This document shows, one piece after another, positions 1-8,952 of a DNA stretch of 20,000 nt. This stretch comes from Asterionella formosa (taxonomy: Eukaryota), in the NCBI GenBank assembly GCA_002256025.1, contig NKIB01012514.1, positions 57,220-77,219 on the forward strand, given 5' to 3'. Position 1 is the first letter of the stretch, and each line of letters begins with the position of its first letter. The position numbers and the translations under genes are program-made. Below the pieces are notes generated by a model. The model searched no databases. It was not told the origin of the DNA and saw only the letters and a program-made list of their open reading frames with translations.

Positions 1-2
1 AA

Positions 3-1700
3 GTGATCGCAAAGACAATGTGTTATATGAATGAGATGTGTATTGATAAAGAAGCATTTCACTTTGTTCAGTCATACAGCTTAAGGAAAGGCCTCAAGAA
101 ATTTGGCCAGAAAGGAAGAGACGCTTCGTATAAAGAAATGAAACAACTGCATGATAGAGTTGTATTTGAACCAATTAGGATTGAAGACCTAACCGACATC
201 AAAAAGCGACGTGCAAAGGAAATTCTAATTGTTTTGGTTGAAAAGAGAGACAAGAGCATTAAAGGCAGAGCATGTGCCAATGGCAGTTTGCAACGTGAAT
301 ACATGGACAGAGATGAAGCAGCTAGTCCAACTACCATGACTGAATCTGTTATGATAACAGCAACAATTGATGCGAAGCAAAATCGCGATGTTATGACTGC
401 AGATATACCCAATGCATTTGTGCAGGTGGATGAAGATGAGAAAGAAAAAGGGGAACGAATCATTATGAAGATTAGAGGTTTACTTGTCAATATGTTGACA
501 GAACTCAGCCCCGAGACTTATGAAAAGTATGTTGAGTATGAAGGGAACAACAAGGTCCTACATGTTAGGATGATCAAGGCACTATATGGCATTTTACAGT
601 CATCATTATTATATTACAAGAAATTTCGGAAGGATATTGAGTCAATTGGATTCAAGGTCAACCCATATGATCCATGCGTTGCAAATCGCATTTTTAATGG
701 CAAACAGCACACAGTTACTTGGCACGTAGACGATTTGAAATCTAGTCACGTGGACAGCAAAGTGAATGATCAATTTTTGGAATGGCTCAAAAAGAAATAC
801 GCTTCTGACGAAAATGGTGAAGTCAAGGTTATGCGTGGAAAGAAGCCAGATTATTTGGCGATGACACTAGATTACTCTCTTTCAGGAGTGTTGAGGGTGG
901 ACATGTCCAAATATGTGAAATCAATGATTGATGATTTTCCAGACAAACTTGAAGGAGTAGGAAAATTCCCATGGTCAGATAAATTGTTCACAGTTGATAG
1001 CTACATCAAAGAAGCTTGAATTTGAAAAAGCGAAAATATTTCATACTTTTGTTATGAAAGGAATGTTCCTATGTAAGCGAGGAAGACAGGACATTCAACC
1101 AGGAATTGCATTTCTGGCAACCCAAACTACTGAACCGAATGTAGGCGATTGGGAAAAATAGTCAAGATCATGAATTTCTTGAAAGCAACTCAGAATGAGG
1201 TTGCATCTAGCTATGAGTGCTGATGACACTCAGAGTATTAAATGGTACGTTGATGTGGTGTTTGCAGTACACAAAGATTTAAAAGTCACACAGGAGCTAC
1301 ACTGTCACTTGGAAACGGAATTATTTGTTCTATGTCTACAAAACAGAAAGTGAACACTAGAATTTGGACTGAAGCAGAATTGGTTGGTGTCGATGACATT
1401 ATATCAAAGGTGTTGTGGACGAAATTATTTATTGAAGCACAAGGACACAAGGTGACTACGAATGTCATTTACCGTGACAACACTAGCGCAATGAAGCTAG
1501 AAGCAAATGGAAAAGCAAGTTCAGGAAAACGCACGCAATATTTCAACATCAAGAATTTTTAAATTACTGATCTTATTGAAAGAGAGGGATTACAAATTAA
1601 GTACTGTCCAACGGATGCAACGTTAGCAGACTACATGACAAAACCACTGGTTGGAACGAAATTTATTCATTTTCGTCATCAAATTATGAATTCAAAGTGA
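3..1700 (+). pseudogene. Copia pol fragment (reverse transcriptase + RNase H), disrupted
   Basis: RT motifs: KGRACANG, ADIPNAFVQ, KALYG, NPYDPCV and catalytic WHVDDL. Downstream in shifted frames: FHTFVMKGMFLCKRGRQDI, RNase H WYVD..FAVH, SHTG, TEAELVGVDD, DNTSA, KRT.YFNI, YCPT...LADYMTKPL. Frameshifts at about 1000, 1157, 1210 and 1283, and an in-frame TAA at 1560-1562. Confidence 0.93.
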
Positions 1701-1722
1701 GCATCCGTGTCCAGCAGGAGTG

Positions 1723-2005
1723 TGTTGGAGAAATTTTTTTGGGAAAGAAAATCCCGGTATAAATTACCTACTACATATTGAATCGAATGAATCGAATGAA
1801 TCGAAAAGAATATGGTACCAGAGAAAACTCAGAATTCGAAAACAATCTACATCAACAGTAAAACCCATAATTCTACTAAAACTCTTAGGAACGATTTCAA
1901 TCGATTGCTGCAACATCGTTGATCATATCTACAGCCTATTTGGTACCTGACGTGTCCTTACAGGATACAAGAAGGAATAGAGTGCTTTGGGACGCAATTT
2001 CAACA
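1723..2005 (+). repeat. Putative 3' LTR (~283 bp, TGTTG...CAACA)
   Basis: Begins TGTTG just after the PPT. The 3' end is set at CAACA 2001-2005 because transposase-like sequence resumes immediately afterwards; alternative CAACA ends are at 1857, 1915 and 2045. Contains a (GAATCGAAT)n mini-tandem at 1780-1805. Confidence 0.6.
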
Positions 2006-2410
2006 GAAGCCTGCGTTATCTAGTAGTATCTGTGGCGGGACAACAGACAAAAGGCGCAAATAAATACATGTCAGATGTATATGAAATGTTGGGGATGACT
2101 ATGATAACCCAACTTTTGGAGTCAACGGCAAAAAAGCGAACAAGTGGTGCCGAATACAAGAAAAAACCCACAAGGAAACGCAAATGAAGCGAAACTATCC
2201 ATAGCGCATGATTTGAAATAGTTCAACAAGAAAAGACCGACAAGAAAAGAGGAAGAACTTACGAATCAGGTATAGCAGTCACCATGGCTGCTGAAGGAAG
2301 TGTTCAACATTCCGCTGCTAAGAAATGCAGTCACTGCAGCCTTGCCAATCATTTGAGAAAGACAAGTTCATGATGTCTGTACAACAACAGCAAAATTCAA
2401 GCACCTCCTC
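2006..2410 (+). pseudogene. C-terminal relic of a DNA-transposon transposase-like protein (Mutator-like/Kolobok-type) with CCHC-like zinc knuckle
   Basis: One continuous frame reads SLRYLVVSVAGQQTKG...YKKKPTRKRK*SETIHSA*FEIVQQEKTDKKRGRTYESGIAV...KKCSHCSLANHLRKTSS*CLYN. The basic helix, G-x-T-Y-x-x-G motif and Cx2Cx4Hx7C resemble transposase C-termini. Three in-frame TGA stops. Family assignment is from memory. Confidence 0.5.
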
Positions 2411-2544
2411 GTGTTGAACTACTGGTAATACTGATAATACTGATTTTACTCCTGATGCATCTAATGCATGTGGTTCAAGGGTGGCTGGCTTGATTTTACA
2501 AGACCGGGAACAGTCAATCCGAAGCAGGTGAGTAAATTCAATTC

Positions 2545-3085
2545 AACCAATCAGAATATGTGAAAGTGATGCGGGAACCTTGCCATGGAGTCTTTTCGGA
2601 TAGAGAACTATTCAGGCAAATATACCTACACAAGACTCCTATGTCTACGAGAACATTTTCGCATGTACAAATTCCGATTCCAATATTTTGGCGACTTTTG
2701 AAAAAGCCGATTGGGTCGACTTTTTTGGAGGAGGATTGCTCAACATCTACAGGGTTTGATGAAGAATAAAAAAGATAGCCGTGTACCCTGTAACGTCAGG
2801 AGTTAACTTCTGGAGAGAAACTGCAGTTATGTATCATAGGTTTTTAGAAAAGCTTCGTAGCTCCTTTTTTTGGACTATTTTTGCGATTGTTACGATTCTA
2901 CAATACATAACTGCAGTTTCTTTCCAGAAATGAGGTCTTTGCCATATCCGAAGATAGAACATACCCGTAAGTTGACCCATGACTGTATCTAAGCATGTGC
3001 AAAGCGGTCGTATTGGTGAAAGCTAATTTTACCTTGAACTATTTTATGTACTTGTATGTAATGTGTGGATGAAGGTACATCAAAG
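2545..3085 (+). repeat. Repeat unit A (most diverged copy of the ORF-hairpin unit)
   Basis: CCAATCAG at 2547, ATG at 2585, frameshifted SDSN..TFEKADWVDF/LEEDCST..GF peptide, hairpin 2808-2929, ATGACTGTATCTAAGCAT 2979-2996, TATTGGTGAAA 3011-3021. Confidence 0.8.
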
Positions 3086-3589
3086 AATTATTTTGGGAAT
3101 AAACGGACGTTAGAGTGTGTAACTGCGGGGCCGCAACCTGAAGGTTCCTGCATTGCAACCCTAAGGCAAAAATTAAAATATTTCTTAGGGCTGCCGAAAT
3201 TCCTTGAAACTAAGAATTTATAGGAGCTATTATTGAATGACATGATTCCGTTTGAAATATTCAAATCAGTTGAAATTTGCGCGCACGAACATAGATTCCT
3301 TTTGGAAATAGCTAAATATATATAGATATTGTCCATCACTATATGTAAATATACCAACGATTATTTTTCTTATAAACGACCCAACGACTCCAGGAAATAT
3401 TTGAAAGTGCAATCAACCAGTGGTACCAGCTACGACACGTATGATGTCCAATAATGATCATATACTGGTACCCCCACTGGATATAGTACCAGCCTACCGG
3501 TACACCCAAAGAAATGTTACATGTGTATCCAATGTGGCTGGTGTGGGTTTGCAATTCCTCTGACAATCAAAGGGAGTCGAGTATTTCGC

Positions 3590-4200
3590 TATAGCCAATC
3601 AGTGCATATATAATACTGCGCGCACTTACGATGGAATTTTTGGTACTGGAAGTTTTGCGACTAAATATTGCATCACAAGACTACCATTCCAATGATGACG
3701 TTTCGGCGCTAAGTGGTTCTGATTCCGATATTTCGGAGACCGTAGAAAAGGCCGATTTTGTCGAATTTTTGGACAACGATAGCTCAACGTTAGCTGGGTC
3801 TGAAGCTGATTTAGATGCATAGGTAACCTTCAAATGGCATCAGTATATAACTTCTGGCGAGAAACTGCAGAAAGGAACTTCGGTTTTTTAAATATGCCGA
3901 ATAAAGTGATTTCCCCCGAAATTTCAAGTCTTTATAGCATAGTTAAAAATACTGAAGTTCCTTTCTGCAGTTTCTCGCCAGATCCTATATCCTGACGATA
4001 TATAGCGTTGACCTGTGCCCCTACTTTTGTCAATGACTGTATCTAAGCATCATATGGAAAGGGTGTATATTGGTGAAAACTCCGTTTAGCGATACACATT
4101 TATGTTTTACTTGTAAGAAGTGTGTGCTTGAATACTCTGACTCAATTTTATTCTTTTAAAACTTACCTCTAAACTAGGGTTGAAATGCAGGTACCTTAAG
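3590..4200 (+). repeat. Repeat unit B (intact ORF-hairpin unit)
   Basis: CCAATCAG at 3595, ORF 3631-3822, hairpin 3853-3982, 18-mer 4033-4050, TATTGGTGAAA 4068-4078. Collinear with unit C at a ~626 bp period (CTTAC at 3625 and 4251). Confidence 0.88.
3631..3822 (+). CDS. Possible small acidic protein (63 aa), unit B
   Basis: Homologous to the ORFs of units A and C with several synonymous third-position differences. No recognised domain, and it may be non-coding. Confidence 0.3.
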   Translation: MEFLVLEVLRLNIASQDYHSNDDVSALSGSDSDISETVEKADFVEFLDNDSSTLAGSEADLDA

Positions 4201-4211
4201 TAATTGAACTT

Positions 4212-4838
4212 TACTACTAATCAAAATATTTAAAATGAAACGGGCAGCCACTTACTTGGAATTTTTTGTACAGGATATTGTAGGACGAAAAATTGAATCA
4301 AAAGACTACTATTCCGATTTTGAAGTATTGGCGATTAATGATTCTGATTCCGACATGTTGGTGACCGTTGAAAAGGCTGATATTGTCGAAGTTTTGGACG
4401 AAGATAGCTCAACGTTGGTAGGCTTTGAAGAAATATTTAAGTAGATATGTCATCTTCATATAGCCCCAGAAGTTTACTTCTGCTTGGAGAGATACCACCG
4501 CAGAAAGGAACCTCGGTGTTTTTACTAGGCCAAGAAATAAACGAGTTGGCCCGGTAAAATTCACTATTTTCAGGCAGAATAGTTTAAAAACTGAAGTTCC
4601 TTTCTACAGTTTCTGGCGAGATCCTATATACTGCTGACGTTATTTAGTGTTGAGCTATACCCTTACTTTGATCAATGACTGTACCTAAGCATAATATGAA
4701 CTAGGCGTATATTGGTGAAAGAAGCTCCATTTAGCGATATACATTTGTGTTTTTCTCGTAAGAAGTGTGCTTTTGAATACTCTGACTTAATAGTCCTACC
4801 TCGAGCTATGTCTTAGGAGTTCAAATGCAGGAATTTTA
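4212..4838 (+). repeat. Repeat unit C (tandem to B)
   Basis: ORF 4235-4444 homologous to that of B, degenerate hairpin ~4478-4621, ATGACTGTACCTAAGCAT 4675-4692, TATTGGTGAAA 4710-4720, shared tail GTAAGAAGTGTG...GAATACTCTGACT...AAATGCAGG. Confidence 0.88.
4235..4444 (+). CDS. Possible small acidic protein (69 aa), unit C
   Basis: Paralog of 3631-3822; shares SDSD...TVEKAD.VE.LD.DSSTL.G.E. Confidence 0.3.
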   Translation: MKRAATYLEFFVQDIVGRKIESKDYYSDFEVLAINDSDSDMLVTVEKADIVEVLDEDSSTLVGFEEIFK

Positions 4839-5141
4839 AATGATAAAATAATTTGAACCAAGAAGTACGAACTATATTGTAGATGATAGGTAGGGGATAG
4901 CAATCATGTAGTCAGTTCTAAAGTACTACAGCATAGAGTTTTGAGATCTAAGCCATTTAATTTTACCCATTTTGACTCATAACATTGACTTTCAGCACAA
5001 AAATTTTCATCTATACATGAAGATTTTTCTCCAAACCATGGTTTTTTAACTCGATGGTTACGGAGGACTTAGTCTACAAAGGTTTTTACATGAGAAAATG
5101 CGAGTGATGAATCTTCGACATAATGAAATCGACGCAATTTG

Positions 5142-5220
5142 CGATTTTCGACTTCTTCATCGCTTGGCAAAGTCTGGAATGCTGCCAAGATTTGCCAACC
5201 GATAAAGAAGTCGAAAATCG
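5142..5220. repeat. Inverted repeat / hairpin (~33 bp arms)
   Basis: CGATTTTCGACTTCTTCATCGCTTGGCAAAGTCT versus AGATTTGCCAACCGATAAAGAAGTCGAAAATCG: 2 mismatches, 1 bulge, ~12 nt loop. Confidence 0.85.
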
Positions 5221-5878
5221 AAACAACAGCGATCGACCCCTCATTTCCCTTTTGTCGATCAGCATGATGAAACAATATTAATTTAGATATTAAACACATG
5301 ACTTATTAGGATTCTTTTTTCAATTAATTTCAATTACCTATTTCACCAGCAAACATTTGAAGAGCAAAAGGTTACATGTGACCAAATTGCGGACCCATTT
5401 GTTCAATAGTTTCATTGCAGCAGCAGCAGCATCAATCAATCAAGCTATGGTGTTGAAATTCTCATTGAACAATGTCATCAGGAGGGCAGATATGATGATT
5501 ATAAAACAGCTAAAAATTGATTTCAATGATTCATGGCAGTATATCCTTTTTTCTAGATAAATAAAATAAATTTATATACTTTTTCGAGGACGTATTAGGT
5601 CATGTGTTAAAGTACTTGTCATGGATGCTATTATAAACCTTGTGAAAACCTGGTATACCCATAACCACCATAGATGACGCATATATGCATGATGATGCTC
5701 CACACCTAAATAATTTGTCGTGTCCAGCTATAGAAGTCAAATTATCAAGACAAGATATCAATTGTCACACATGTACAAAGGCTCAAATCAATATCAAAAT
5801 GTTACTGGCGGTATATTGATCATTGTATATCAAATGATGTGGAGACTTCTAAACTTTCCCTATCCATGTTCGTAATGG

Positions 5879-6018
5879 TTTTTTGGTCGATCGACCATTT
5901 CAGGCAAGCAAACAATGAGATGAACAACTTGCTCCAAATCTCAAACTATTTTTTGGTCTCTTGACCATTTCAGGCAAGCAAACAACGAGATGAACAACTT
6001 GCTCCAAATCTCAAACTA
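5879..6018. repeat. 70-bp tandem duplication (2 copies)
   Basis: TTTTTTGGTC....GACCATTTCAGGCAAGCAAACAAYGAGATGAACAACTTGCTCCAAATCTCAAACTA at 5879-5948 and 5949-6018. Confidence 0.95.
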
Positions 6019-7017
6019 ATTACATAGTACTAGCTGACTACCCTATATGCTTGGGAAGGAGCCTGAACTCTCAGAATTTACATTTTATAGAAGTTTTGAT
6101 AGCAAAACGTGTTATTCTGCAATCAATGGGTCAGAGCACAACAAGAAGAATCTCTGAGGGTCATGGCAGTTTTTCTACTGGTGTCTGGTACCACCGGCTG
6201 TAAAGTGTACCAGTAGTTTGATCGTTTGATATACCGTTACTTGTTGACAGATAAAGATTCATATTGGTATGATGCACTTGAATCCAAACTGGACCGCCTG
6301 CTACTCCTTCCAAGTAGCACGAAGGCGGGGTAAAAAATGGAGGGTACCTTCCACAGTGTGCGAGTTGAGGCATTCTCGTAGGTACCGGTATTCTCATTAT
6401 TTCTGATAGTAGTGACCATAAAGTTGGAACATAATGGGATTCTAAAAATGTTATTGCCAATGCAAAAGATGGGTTAAAAACAGTAGTGGTCCACTTTTTA
6501 GTCTTAAAGTTTCAGAAAGGGCAATTTAGTAAACAGTGAGGATTTGACCGAGAATGGTCAATTATGGGAAGCAAGCTCCCCTGTTGTCGCTCCTCGAGTA
6601 TTGGAAATAAATGTTATTTTGTTCTCAAGTCATTGGAAGCAATGTTGTTGCTCTGACATCTATATTTGCTCTCCGTGATTCATGACTTGAACGGGCCTAG
6701 AAACTGACAAGCGAAAACATTATTGAGCGTGAGGGCATTGTTGCCCTGGTTTATTTTATTGTTTTTGACTTAAAAATCTACGTTCTGATGAAATCATTGT
6801 CATTGTGATGTGCGTGAAAACAACTTGTACGTTGAGTCAAAGGTATCGGCACAGCAAAGATTTAGATGCAACTGGAAATCAAGTGCAAAAAAAGTATAGA
6901 CAAACTGGTCCAACCAATGAGGTGATATAAACAAGATAATGTTGAGAATTCAGAGTAGCCATGAGCGATCCTTTTAAGGGTGGACCTTGAACTTCTACTT
7001 AAAACATGACGAAAAAG

Positions 7018-8076
7018 TCATGATGAAGTGCGACGACGCTTGCCAGGCGAGAAGTTCTGTTGGGTTGCTGCCGAGACGCAGACTGGAGAGCTACGTTCGG
7101 AAACTTGGTTGGGTGTAATTGGTGCGATGGCCTCAATGCTGATGCTTCGTGCGAGACTGATCTCTGACTCTTGATCAGCAACTTCAAATATAGCGGGGCA
7201 AAGCTCCATAAGCATGATCTTACATTTACGGACCTCAGCAGACTGAGGAGTAAGATGCGTAACGGACGCAATCTTATTAAGAAATTCCACTCTCACGTCG
7301 TAGTGGAGAGGAGTCTTATCATGGAGAGCGTCAATTGCGGCAAGGATAGCAGCGTAGGCAATGGTGGAGAAGTTGAATTCGAAGGAAAATGTCGAGACAC
7401 AGACCGACAGTTCGGTGAGGTATTTAGAAAGCTCAAAGATCGACTGTGGTAAAGTAGGGTGGACAGGAGTTCCATCATAGTTTGACCATTGTGGAAGGAG
7501 TCGAAGGAACGTTGCAACGAAGCGCAAGGTGCTTGGAGGGTTGACGTGCCACTTGAGAGCTAAGAGGATAGATCTTTCCTCTGCTTCCAAAGTTTCCACG
7601 TCGAAGAAACCCCTACTGAGCTCCACAAAAGCAGTGATCTTGAGTTTCTTTCGTGGTCCTTCCGTCACATCAGTTTCGCCGTGAAGCTTGATAGCGAGGT
7701 AAAGCGAAGTGACAGCGATAAGCTGAAAGTCTCTGCGCAAGATGGCTACGCCATCGGCTTTGGTCTTCATAGCGACCACCAAGTCGAGGTAGTGGAGAGC
7801 CACAGACACAACTTCTCTGTCAAAGTTGAAATGATCCACCACTTCAAAGGACCACTCACAAATCTTTCGTCGCCACCCTTCATTAACTCGTTCGGACACT
7901 TGATCAGGGGGAACCAAATTAGAGACTTGCAGGTAGTCATGACAAGTCGGATAGTGCTCAGTTTCCTGAGCACGCAATGCACGAAGATGCTCCATGGCAT
8001 CCTCGAAATCCCGAGCTGCTCCATGGTATCCTTGAAATCCCGAGCTAGGGGGCATTAATCTATTTGACTGAATCAT
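7018..8076 (-). CDS. Cyclin (diatom-specific cyclin, dsCYC-like), intronless, 352 aa
   Basis: Cyclin-box N-terminus WRRKICEWSFEVVDHFNFDREVVSVALHYLD, then FQLIAVTSLYLAIKL, E.EERSILLALKWHVNPP and a C-terminal fold (YLTELSV...STIAYAAI). Ends SPGKRRRTSS. Alternative start at 7995. Confidence 0.92.
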   Translation of the reverse strand: MIQSNRLMPPSSGFQGYHGAARDFEDAMEHLRALRAQETEHYPTCHDYLQVSNLVPPDQVSERVNEGWRRKICEWSFEVVDHFNFDREVVSVALHYLDLVVAMKTKADGVAILRRDFQLIAVTSLYLAIKLHGETDVTEGPRKKLKITAFVELSRGFFDVETLEAEERSILLALKWHVNPPSTLRFVATFLRLLPQWSNYDGTPVHPTLPQSIFELSKYLTELSVCVSTFSFEFNFSTIAYAAILAAIDALHDKTPLHYDVRVEFLNKIASVTHLTPQSAEVRKCKIMLMELCPAIFEVADQESEISLARSISIEAIAPITPNQVSERSSPVCVSAATQQNFSPGKRRRTSS

Positions 8077-8447
8077 TGTTGACGCTGTCTTCCTTCACGG
8101 ATTTTGAATGATTTGTTATGTAGACTAGCAAGTTAGTGTGTTCAACTGTTGTTGTGTCCACAAAGTATTGTGTTCGAAACGAACGTTGATCGCGACAAGT
8201 CGCTAGGTTACTTACTACAACACACTGTCGTTGTATATTAAAATTACTCTTCTGGTATGATCTATGCTGTAGATTTTACTAATTCCTACTTCCGATAATT
8301 CTTCATGCAGGACGACCAGAAAGGAAGAAAAACCTTCCATGGGATACCTTGGACGGAGGGCTGAAATTGTGTCATACTATCCCCTGGTGAGAAATCCTTG
8401 TCAATGAGTATCAAACTACTGAGGAGTTTTTGTACCAGGTACCGGAG

Positions 8448-8952
8448 NNNNNNNNNNNNNNNNNNNNNNNNNNNNNNNNNNNNNNNNNNNNNNNNNNNNN
8501 NNNNNNNNNNNNNNNNNNNNNNNNNNNNNNNNNNNNNNNNNNNNNNNNNNNNNNNNNNNNNNNNNNNNNNNNNNNNNNNNNNNNNNNNNNNNNNNNNNNN
8601 NNNNNNNNNNNNNNNNNNNNNNNNNNNNNNNNNNNNNNNNNNNNNNNNNNNNNNNNNNNNNNNNNNNNNNNNNNNNNNNNNNNNNNNNNNNNNNNNNNNN
8701 NNNNNNNNNNNNNNNNNNNNNNNNNNNNNNNNNNNNNNNNNNNNNNNNNNNNNNNNNNNNNNNNNNNNNNNNNNNNNNNNNNNNNNNNNNNNNNNNNNNN
8801 NNNNNNNNNNNNNNNNNNNNNNNNNNNNNNNNNNNNNNNNNNNNNNNNNNNNNNNNNNNNNNNNNNNNNNNNNNNNNNNNNNNNNNNNNNNNNNNNNNNN
8901 NNNNNNNNNNNNNNNNNNNNNNNNNNNNNNNNNNNNNNNNNNNNNNNNNNNN
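8448..8952. other. Assembly gap (N run)
   Basis: Run of N. Confidence 1.

Larger units (their letters stand above)
1..2005 (+). mobile_element. Ty1/copia LTR retrotransposon (diatom CoDi-like), 3' half: RT-RNase H, PPT, 3' LTR; degenerate
   Basis: The pol remnant ends at TGA 1698-1700. It is followed by a purine-rich tract (AGCAGGAG, 1713-1720) and TGTTG at 1723, with a matching TTTCAACA ending at 2005. The 5' part lies outside the window. Confidence 0.9.

Noticed and set aside
3626..3820. Minus-strand 64-aa ORF ending near a GTAAG donor-like site
   Set aside because: The homologous frame in unit C contains stops and non-conservative changes; the + frame is better conserved.
2545..4838. CRISPR-like or retron-like interpretation of the repeat array
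   Set aside because: Units are ~600 bp with homologous rather than unique spacers, there are no cas genes, and the only RT is a copia RT in a eukaryotic context.
3562..5260. Possible TIR pair around units B and C (GACAATCAAAGGGAGTCGA / TCGACCCC...CCCTTTTGTC)
   Set aside because: Similarity is weak and gapped, with no TSD.
5417..5432. (GCA)5 microsatellite within a short ORF
   Set aside because: Ordinary short simple repeat; no coding support.
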